A program made the translations under genes and the position numbers. A stretch of DNA of 64,000 nt from the NCBI GenBank assembly GCA_963770835.1, contig CAVYRH010000026.1, forward strand, positions 512,001-576,000, given 5' to 3'. Numbering within the stretch: position 1 is the stretch's first letter; the number at the start of each line of letters is the position of its first letter. This stretch comes from an uncultured Pseudomonadota bacterium. GTDB lineage: Bacteria > Oederibacteriota > Muellerivitia > Muellerivitales > Muellerivitaceae. The notes under the pieces were generated by a model that made no database searches, was not told the origin of the DNA, and worked only from the letters and a program-made list of their open reading frames with translations. This document shows, in pieces, positions 57,168-64,000 of this stretch.

Positions 57168-58204
57168 ACCGCGAAGTCCGCGTCCTGCTGGCCGACGATT
57201 CGCCCACCATGCGGCGGGCCCTGACCATGTTTCTGTCCCAGGACCCGAGGCTGGAAGTGATCGGCACGGCCCGGGACGGCGAAGAAGTGCTCCAGATGGC
57301 CCGCTTCCTTAAGCCGGACGTTATCAGCATGGATGTGCAAATGCCCCGGTTGGACGGCCTGGAGGCCACCCGGCGGATCATGGCGGACTGCCCCTGCCGC
57401 ATCGTGGTGGTCAGTTCCCATACCGAAGACGCCGAAATGAATCTCTCCTTTAATGCCATCCAGGCCGGGGCCCTGGAATTGTTCGACAAGCCCCAGGCAG
57501 GCGCCCCCCCGGACCTGGGGGCCTGGGGCAAAAAACTCTCGGACCTCGTGGCCCGCGTGGCGGAAATGCCCTTGGGCCTGACCGGCAAATCCGGGCCTTC
57601 CGTCCCTCCCACCCTGGCCACCAACCTCGTTCCACTCGAGATCTTCGGCTTGGCGGCCTCCACCGGCGGGCCGCCGGTCCTGGCTGAAATCCTGGAAAAA
57701 CTTCCCGCCGACACATCCCTGCCGATCCTCGTGGCCCAGCACATGACTGAGGGCTTCACCCGGGGCTTCCGGCGCTGGTTGAGCCAGGTTTCCCATCTTC
57801 CCGTGGACATCGCTGAGGCGGGACAAAAACCCATGCCGGGGAGGGTCTACCTGGCTCCCGATGGCTGCCACCTGGAAGTCGAAAATGGGGCCTTCAAGAC
57901 GACGCGGTCCACGGGCGGGTACTGCCCCTCAGGGGACCGGCTTTTCCACTCCCTGGCCCGCTCCTACCGCTCCAAGGCCGGCGGCGCCGTTTTGACCGGC
58001 ATGGGCGAGGATGGGGGACGGGGCCTTTTGGAACTTAAGAAGGCCGGGGGCGTCACCCTGGCCCAGGACGAGGCCTCCTGCGTGGTTTACGGCATGCCGA
58101 AGTTCGCGCGGGACCTGGGGGCGGCCCAGCAATGTCTCACGGCGGAGCAGATCGCCCTTGTTCTCAAGCGGCTTTGTTCCACGAACGCAAGTACAACCAA
58201 ATAA
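57164..58204 (+). CDS. cheB: Chemotaxis methylesterase CheB (REC + esterase)
   Basis: VLLADDS, MDVQMP, ASTGGP, QHM, PSGD, LTGMGEDG, VVYGMP. Confidence 0.95.
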   Translation: MNREVRVLLADDSPTMRRALTMFLSQDPRLEVIGTARDGEEVLQMARFLKPDVISMDVQMPRLDGLEATRRIMADCPCRIVVVSSHTEDAEMNLSFNAIQAGALELFDKPQAGAPPDLGAWGKKLSDLVARVAEMPLGLTGKSGPSVPPTLATNLVPLEIFGLAASTGGPPVLAEILEKLPADTSLPILVAQHMTEGFTRGFRRWLSQVSHLPVDIAEAGQKPMPGRVYLAPDGCHLEVENGAFKTTRSTGGYCPSGDRLFHSLARSYRSKAGGAVLTGMGEDGGRGLLELKKAGGVTLAQDEASCVVYGMPKFARDLGAAQQCLTAEQIALVLKRLCSTNASTTK

Positions 58205-58218
58205 GGTTTTATATATAA

Positions 58219-59931
58219 ATGGAAAGGGATGGTATGGAAAAAAACGGAATGCAAAAGGTTCCCGCCGCGAGCGAAGCCGAGCGCAAGGCGGCCTTTTGGG
58301 AGCGGCGGAACCTGGACGAGACGAAAAAAGAAATTACGAAAGTGCCGGTGGATGTGACGGTGGATAGGGCGGTGGACCGGAAGGCTTCCTTTTGGGGGCT
58401 TCGCAACAAGGTTCTGGTCCCCGCCGTCCTCATCACCGTACTGACCGCCATTCTCCTGACGATCCAAATGGCATCTCAAATCCGGTCGATCATTTACCAG
58501 TACGAGACCACGGAAGGCTTCCTCCATTGCGACTTCCTGCTCTTTGACGCCAAACAAAAAGTGATGGACGCCAAGCCCGAGGCCGCTCGCGAATACCTGC
58601 AGGACTACCAGAACTCCCACGGCGTGCCCTATGTTTTCGTCCTGGATGGGGACGGCCATGTCGTGGCCCATACCTTCGAGGGGGATATCCCGCCGGAAGT
58701 CCAGAAACTGATCGGGCAGGAGAATGGAAAATTCGGAATGCAAAAAATCGAAGTAACTGTAGGGGGGCGACCCATGCTGGACGTTAGCGCCCCCATTCCG
58801 GACGCCCCGGGCAGCGTCCATGTGGGCATGGACCTGGGGTCGGTACAGCAACAGGTAAGGAAAGTCACCCTTTCGGCAGTCCGGACAGTCCTGGTAGTCC
58901 TTGTGGTGGGAGTGGCTCTCCTCTGGCTTATGATGAGCCGCACCCTGAAGCCCATCAAAGCCCTGACGGAAATCGCCCGCAAGATCGCCACCGAGGGGGA
59001 CCTGACCCAGAAGATCAAGATCGAATCCCGCGACGAAGTGGGCCAGATGGCCGGCTTTTTCAACGAAATGCTGGAAGCGCAGAAAAAAATGGTCCAGGAC
59101 CTGTCCTTCACCATCATTACCCTCAATGAAACGGTCCGCGACATGGAGGCCCTCTCGGAGGCCCAAAACCAGTCCGTCACGGTCCAGGCCACGGCCCTCC
59201 AACAAACCCAAGTCACAGCCCAGGAGATCAAACAAACTTCCCAGATGGCGGCCCAGAAAGCCGGCGAAGTCCTGCAAAAGGCGGAAAAAGCCGACGAAAT
59301 CGGCCGCCTCGGCGAGGAATCGGTTGAACAAAGCCTCCAGGGGCTAATGGACATCCGCCAGCAGGTCCTGGAAATCGCCGGCAAGATCGGCGACCTGACC
59401 GACCGCACCAAGCAGATCGGAAGCATCACCGACACGGTCAAGGACCTGGCCGACCAGTCCAACATGCTGGCCTTGAACGCCGCCATCGAGGCGGTCCGTT
59501 CCGGCGAGCACGGCAAGGGATTCGGGCTGGTGGCCCGGGAAATCCGCCGGCTGGCCGACCAATCCATCCAGTCGACTGGCCGGGTGAAGGAGATCCTCGA
59601 CAACATCCGGGACGCCATCGAAAAGGTGGAGCAGATCACCCGGACCGGTTCCAAGCGCATGGAAGGGGGCCTGGAGCTGGTGCGGCATTCGGGGGAGAAC
59701 CTGCGCAGCCTGGCCGGGGTGGTCAAGGACAACTCGGTCTCGGTCAAGCAGATCGCCGCGGCGGTGGAACAGCAGAACGTGGGCATCAGCCAGATATTTG
59801 GGGCCGTCACGGACCAGACACGGATGATGACCGAGGCCGTAAAACACGTGGAAGCCACCGGGGGGATGGTGAAAGTGCTGAAGGACGCCTCCGGACGCCT
59901 TTCGGGAGCCATCGGGAGATACAAGGTTTAG
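58219..59931 (+). CDS. Methyl-accepting chemotaxis protein (2 TM, short periplasmic domain, HAMP, MA)
   Basis: LADQSNMLALNAAIEAVRSGEHGKGFGLVAREIRRLADQS; HAMP GDLTQKI...DEVGQMA. Confidence 0.95.
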   Translation: MERDGMEKNGMQKVPAASEAERKAAFWERRNLDETKKEITKVPVDVTVDRAVDRKASFWGLRNKVLVPAVLITVLTAILLTIQMASQIRSIIYQYETTEGFLHCDFLLFDAKQKVMDAKPEAAREYLQDYQNSHGVPYVFVLDGDGHVVAHTFEGDIPPEVQKLIGQENGKFGMQKIEVTVGGRPMLDVSAPIPDAPGSVHVGMDLGSVQQQVRKVTLSAVRTVLVVLVVGVALLWLMMSRTLKPIKALTEIARKIATEGDLTQKIKIESRDEVGQMAGFFNEMLEAQKKMVQDLSFTIITLNETVRDMEALSEAQNQSVTVQATALQQTQVTAQEIKQTSQMAAQKAGEVLQKAEKADEIGRLGEESVEQSLQGLMDIRQQVLEIAGKIGDLTDRTKQIGSITDTVKDLADQSNMLALNAAIEAVRSGEHGKGFGLVAREIRRLADQSIQSTGRVKEILDNIRDAIEKVEQITRTGSKRMEGGLELVRHSGENLRSLAGVVKDNSVSVKQIAAAVEQQNVGISQIFGAVTDQTRMMTEAVKHVEATGGMVKVLKDASGRLSGAIGRYKV

Positions 59932-59949
59932 TTGGTGAAAGGAGAAACC

Positions 59950-60135
59950 ATGGCGGATGAAAAATTCGACAAGGTGGTGCTGGAGATCCCGGGGGAGCCG
60001 GCCAAGGAGTTGACGCCGGGCCAATTCCGGGCCTTTCCCATCGCCCAGAGGGTGGACCTTTTGGTCAAGGGGTGCTTCAAGTTTTACAAGAACGGGGTGG
60101 TTCTCACCCCCCTGGAAGCCCTGAGGGTATCCTGA
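59950..60135 (+). CDS. Small hypothetical protein (61 aa)
   Basis: AAGGAG RBS; LTPGQFRAFPIAQRVDLLVKGCFKFYKNG. Confidence 0.7.
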   Translation: MADEKFDKVVLEIPGEPAKELTPGQFRAFPIAQRVDLLVKGCFKFYKNGVVLTPLEALRVS

Positions 60136-60161
60136 AAAACGGAGCGTAAGGAGAAAGGGAT

Positions 60162-60809
60162 ATGGTCAAACGTTGGATATTGATCGTTGCGGGCATCGTC
60201 TGGCTCGTGGTTTGCGTAGGGGGGAGCGCGGTGCTGTTGCATTACGCCTCCACCCCGGGCGAGGAAGGAAAGGCCGGACCCCGGTGGCCGGACCAAAGCG
60301 GCCTGGCTTTGAACCGCGGCGGGGATACCCTGGTCATCGCCGTCCATCCCCATTGCCCCTGCACCAGGGCCAGCATTGTGGAGCTGAACGACTTAATGCT
60401 CTCCCTCAAGGGACGGATGAAGGCTTACGTGCTCGTGATGCGGCCAAAGGAATTCCCCCAAGGATGGGAAAACACCGACCTGGTTTCGAGCGCCAGGCGG
60501 ATTCCCGGCACCACGGTGGTGGTCGACGTGGACGGTGTGGAAACCGCACGGTTTGGGGCCAGGACATCGGGCCAGGCCCTCCTTTACGACCCCCAAGGCA
60601 GGCTTCTTTTCAGCGGAGGCATCACCGAGGGCCGGGGCCACATCGGGGACAACGCCGGCTTCCAGCGAATAACCTCGCTTGTCAAAACAGGAAAAGCCGA
60701 CAGGAACGACAGCCTCGTGTTCGGGTGTCCGTTGGACGCGAAATACTGTCCCTTGGAAAAAACGGACAAACCAACAGCCGGATTAAAAGGAGAAACATAT
60801 GCCAATTGA
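60162..60809 (+). CDS. RedB-like membrane-anchored thioredoxin-fold protein
   Basis: N-terminal TM, HPHCPCTRAS, FGARTSGQ, GGITEGRGHIGDN, FGCPL; recalled as the family annotated RedB. Confidence 0.7.
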   Translation: MVKRWILIVAGIVWLVVCVGGSAVLLHYASTPGEEGKAGPRWPDQSGLALNRGGDTLVIAVHPHCPCTRASIVELNDLMLSLKGRMKAYVLVMRPKEFPQGWENTDLVSSARRIPGTTVVVDVDGVETARFGARTSGQALLYDPQGRLLFSGGITEGRGHIGDNAGFQRITSLVKTGKADRNDSLVFGCPLDAKYCPLEKTDKPTAGLKGETYAN

Positions 60810-61512
60810 AGCGGTTTCCAAAATGACCTCGAAGGAAAAAGAGAAGGTGGGGAAGCTGTTCCAGGAGAGGCGGGACGCCCATTTCCGGAAAATGGACCGG
60901 ATGTTCCAATACCTGTTGGGAGCCCAATGGATTTTCGCCATCCTGATCGCCGCCGTGATCTCGCCCTATGCCTGGGAAGGAAAGGAGAAGGTGTTCCACA
61001 TCCACCTTTACCTGGCGATTTTTATGGGAGGGGGGATCAGCCTTTTCCCAATCCTTTTGGCCCAATTCAGGCCGGGGTGGGTCGGCACCAGGCACGTGAT
61101 CGCTTTCACCCAAATGCTCTGGTCGGCCCTTTTGATCCACTTGACCGGCGGGCGCATCGAGACCCATTTCCACGTCTTCGGGTCCCTGGCCTTTCTTGCC
61201 TTTTACTTCGACTGGCCGATCCTGGTGAACGCCACTCTGGTGGTGGTGGCCGACCACCTTTTACGGGGGTTTCTCTATCCCGAATCGGTCTACGGAATCG
61301 TGAACCCCGAATGGTGGCGCTTCCTTGAGCACGCCTTTTGGGTGGTTTTCGAGGACATCATCCTTTTCTGGTCCTGTTTCAACGGAGTCAAGGGTATGCG
61401 GGAAAGCGCCCAACGCCAGGTCGAGGTGGAAAGCCTTTTAGAGAGCAATCAGCTGAAAACCGCGGCCCTGGAAATGACCCTCGCCGAACTACAGACCGCC
61501 CAAAAGGTTTGA
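60799..61512 (+). CDS. Stand-alone His-rich membrane sensor domain (RedC-like N-terminus) lacking a kinase domain
   Basis: About 6 TMs; TRHVIA, LIHLTGGRIETHFHVFGSLAFLAFY, DHLLRG, WRFLEHAFWVVFED; short coiled coil, then stop. Confidence 0.75.
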   Translation: MPIEAVSKMTSKEKEKVGKLFQERRDAHFRKMDRMFQYLLGAQWIFAILIAAVISPYAWEGKEKVFHIHLYLAIFMGGGISLFPILLAQFRPGWVGTRHVIAFTQMLWSALLIHLTGGRIETHFHVFGSLAFLAFYFDWPILVNATLVVVADHLLRGFLYPESVYGIVNPEWWRFLEHAFWVVFEDIILFWSCFNGVKGMRESAQRQVEVESLLESNQLKTAALEMTLAELQTAQKV

Positions 61513-61546
61513 AGCGGGATAAAGAGTTTTACAAAGGAGAGAAACG

Positions 61547-62875
61547 ATGAATAAAACTTTAATGCAGGAACTGCTTCTTATCCTGGCGGTGGGCTTGGGA
61601 TTGGCCGCTGGCCGGATTTACGGGGCGGGCGGGGATGGCCAATCCTTTTATTCCCCCGAAGAGCTGGAGAAGATCGGCGCGCTTTCACCGATCCCCAATC
61701 CCCCGCCGGACAAGTCCAACGCCTACGCCGACAACGAGAAGGCGGCTAAGCTGGGCCAAAGCCTGTTCTTCGACAAGCGGCTCTCCGGAGCGGGGAACGT
61801 TTCCTGCGCCACTTGCCACGACCCGGCCCATGGCTGGCAGGACGGCCTGGCCCTTCCCAAGCTTTTCATGGACCCCCATTCCCCCGCCCATCGGGACGGC
61901 TTCGGGGCGCGGAAGGTTCCTTCCCTCTGGAACCTGGCCTACAACCACTGGTTCTTTTGGGACGGGCGGGCCGACTCCCTCTGGGGACAGGCCCTGGGCC
62001 CCTTCGAGAACCCCAAGGAAATGCAGGGCGGCAGCCGCCTCCAGCACGCCCATGTGGTTTACGGCGACCCGGCGCTGAAGGGCCAATACGAGGATCTTTT
62101 CGGCAAGTTTCCCGACCTTTCGGACAGCCGGCGTTTCCCCCCCAAGGGATGCCCGGTTCCGGACGACCCCAACAGCGACACCAATAAAGCCTGGCAGTCC
62201 ATGGCCCCGGCGGACCAGGAGGCCGTCAACCGGGTCTATTCCAACCTGGGCAAATCCATCGAGGCTTTTGAACGCAAGATCGTCAGCCACGACTCGAGGT
62301 TCGACCGTTTCGTCGAGGGATTGAAGACGAGCGATGCCCAAAAACAGTCCCTCTTGGACGACCACGAGAAAAACGGCCTCAGGCTTTTCATCGGCAAAGC
62401 ACGCTGTGCCTCATGCCACACCGGGCCCAATTTTACCGACGGAGCCTTCCACGACCTGCGGGTTCCAGAAAAAACCCCCGACGCGGGGAGGTTCGACGGC
62501 ATTGCCAAGGTCAAGGACAGCCTCTTCAACACCGCAGGCCCCTTCAGCAACGACCCGAAGGGAGGGCAGGAAAGGCTGGAGCACCTGAAGGCCAAGCCTA
62601 TCAACCAAGGCCAGATGAAGACCACGGGCTTAAGAAACATCGCCTTGACCGGCCCCTACATGCACCAGGGGCAGATGGCCAGCTTGAAGGATGTGGTGGA
62701 ATACTATTCCACCCTCAAAGGGGCCAGGCCGCTCCAGGGGCCGGACGAGGGCCTGTTGGTGGCGACGCACTTAAGCGGCCAAGAGATCGACGACCTGGTG
62801 GCTTTCCTGGGAACGCTGACAGATGAAAGCGCGGACGCCTCGCTGGTTCCCGCGACGGAATTAAGCCGGAAGTGA
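61547..62875 (+). CDS. Di-heme cytochrome c peroxidase/MauG family protein
   Basis: LGQSLFFDKRLS, SCATCH, FWDGRA, CASCHTGPNFTD, TGPYMHQG, LVAFLGTLT; signal peptide. Confidence 0.9.
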   Translation: MNKTLMQELLLILAVGLGLAAGRIYGAGGDGQSFYSPEELEKIGALSPIPNPPPDKSNAYADNEKAAKLGQSLFFDKRLSGAGNVSCATCHDPAHGWQDGLALPKLFMDPHSPAHRDGFGARKVPSLWNLAYNHWFFWDGRADSLWGQALGPFENPKEMQGGSRLQHAHVVYGDPALKGQYEDLFGKFPDLSDSRRFPPKGCPVPDDPNSDTNKAWQSMAPADQEAVNRVYSNLGKSIEAFERKIVSHDSRFDRFVEGLKTSDAQKQSLLDDHEKNGLRLFIGKARCASCHTGPNFTDGAFHDLRVPEKTPDAGRFDGIAKVKDSLFNTAGPFSNDPKGGQERLEHLKAKPINQGQMKTTGLRNIALTGPYMHQGQMASLKDVVEYYSTLKGARPLQGPDEGLLVATHLSGQEIDDLVAFLGTLTDESADASLVPATELSRK

Positions 62876-62901
62876 TTTTGAACAAATCCAAGGAGGATTT
62901 C

Positions 62902-63567
62902 ATGCGTTGGTTCATTATTTTTTGCGGCTGTACCCTATTAGCAGCGGCGGGAATTCCCGCCCAGGGCGCGGAAGGAACAGGGGAAGTTTCAGGGCAGGTG
63001 AAGGTCCTCACCCAGGACAACCAGCCTACGGGGGACAACTCCGGCGTTGTGGTTTATATCCGGGAAGTCAACCAAAACAAGGGTTTCAAGCCGCCCCAAG
63101 CCGCGATGACCATGGCGTCGGAAAACATGGAGTTCGACCCGGAGGTCCTGCCCATCCTGGCTGGCACCGCGGTCGCCTTTCCCAATAACGACGACACGGT
63201 CCACAACGCCTTCTCGATCTCCAAGGCGGACCCTTTCGACGTGGGTACCTACGGCCGGGGAGCCGGGAAAAAAGTCGTTTTCAAGAATCCCGGCCAGATC
63301 AACGTGAACTGTAACCTTCATCCCCATATGGCGGCTTACATCCTGGTATTGGGAAACCCTTATTTCACCCTCACCGACGAGAAGGGAAGCTTCACCCTCC
63401 AGGACGTGCCGGCCGGGAGTTATACGGTGGTTTGCTGGTTTCCCTATGGATTCATCCAACAGCAGACAGTGGAAGTGAAGGCGGATGGAAAGTCGAAATT
63501 GGATTTTGAGCTTGTCAAAATGCGGGATGAAATACCGCATAAGAATAAATACGGGAAAAGTTATTGA
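62902..63567 (+). CDS. Secreted cupredoxin-like protein with C-terminal carboxypeptidase-regulatory-like domain
   Basis: FPNNDDTVHNAFS and CNLHPHM (His/Cys/His/Met type-1 Cu ligands); TDEKGSFTLQDVPAGSYTV. Confidence 0.8.
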   Translation: MRWFIIFCGCTLLAAAGIPAQGAEGTGEVSGQVKVLTQDNQPTGDNSGVVVYIREVNQNKGFKPPQAAMTMASENMEFDPEVLPILAGTAVAFPNNDDTVHNAFSISKADPFDVGTYGRGAGKKVVFKNPGQINVNCNLHPHMAAYILVLGNPYFTLTDEKGSFTLQDVPAGSYTVVCWFPYGFIQQQTVEVKADGKSKLDFELVKMRDEIPHKNKYGKSY

Positions 63568-63668
63568 GGGAATTAAACCCGTTGCGTTGATTGGTACCCG
63601 GGTTGGTTATTGGTCGAAAATCCAATGGTTTTGCCGGGCCGTTCTTATTTCATCGAGGGAGGGTGATT

Positions 63669-64000
63669 ATGTTCAATCGTTTATGGAAGTGGATCCTGCT
63701 GGCCGTTTTTGTGACGGCTTTTGGGCCTGCTAAGGCGGAAACCGGGGTAAGCCCCACCGAGATTGTATTAGGCCAGTCCGCCGCCTTCAAGGGCCCAGCC
63801 GCCGGGTTGGGCGCGGAGGTTTGGCGCGGGGCCGAAGCCTGTTTCGACAAGGTCAACGCCGAAGGCGGCGTGAACGGCCGAAAGATCCGGGTTGTGGCCC
63901 TGGACGACGGCTATGAGGGAGATATCACTCTTCCCAACACTGTGCGCCTCATCACCCAGGAAAAGGTCTTCGGCCTTTTCGATTACGTGGGCACCCCTAC
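63669..64000 (+). CDS. Periplasmic binding protein (Leu/Ile/Val-binding family), 3' truncated by the window edge
   Basis: Translates as MFNRLWKWILLAVF...GVSPTEIVLGQSAAFKGPAAGLG...VNAEGGVNGRKIRVVALDDGYE...VGTP; open to the window end. Confidence 0.85.
   Translation, partial: MFNRLWKWILLAVFVTAFGPAKAETGVSPTEIVLGQSAAFKGPAAGLGAEVWRGAEACFDKVNAEGGVNGRKIRVVALDDGYEGDITLPNTVRLITQEKVFGLFDYVGTP

Noticed and set aside
61547..63567. Methylamine utilisation (mau) operon
   Set aside because: No MauA/MauB/MauD/MauE-like genes are visible.
1..64000. CRISPR arrays, IS elements, phage genes or recognisable anti-phage defence genes
   Set aside because: No regularly spaced direct repeats and no transposase, integrase, reverse transcriptase, cas, nuclease or capsid motifs were recognised in any ORF.

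Overview
Bacterial chromosomal window (GC-rich, diderm judging by TolC and omptin genes; lineage not determinable from sequence alone) with about 60 CDS, one tRNA-Gln(TTG), and no CRISPR array, prophage, integrase or transposase. Housekeeping genes include an acyl-CoA dehydrogenase, gltA, glmU-prs-rplY-pth, comEC and an HU/IHF protein. Accessory loci include two ArsR-SRPBCC regulons, a MarR/aminotransferase pair, two serine hydrolases (one split by an in-frame TGA), an ECF sigma/anti-sigma/Spy-like/TolC/RND cluster with no membrane-fusion protein, an omptin-like protease, and an uncharacterised multi-TM + secreted vWA gene pair. The strongest candidate for an undescribed system is 51.6-64 kb: a Wsp/ACF-type chemosensory cluster (dual-REC, REC-CheW, CheR, CheW, CheA-REC, CheB, MCP) with no output enzyme. 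It runs co-directionally into a RedB-like thiol protein, a His-rich membrane sensor domain with no kinase, a MauG-type di-heme peroxidase, a type-1 copper protein and a periplasmic binding protein. Several short-period (7, 8 and 10 nt) inverted-repeat elements overlap gene termini, and a structured tRNA-linked repeat follows tRNA-Gln. All family assignments come from recognising motifs by eye; no database search was run.
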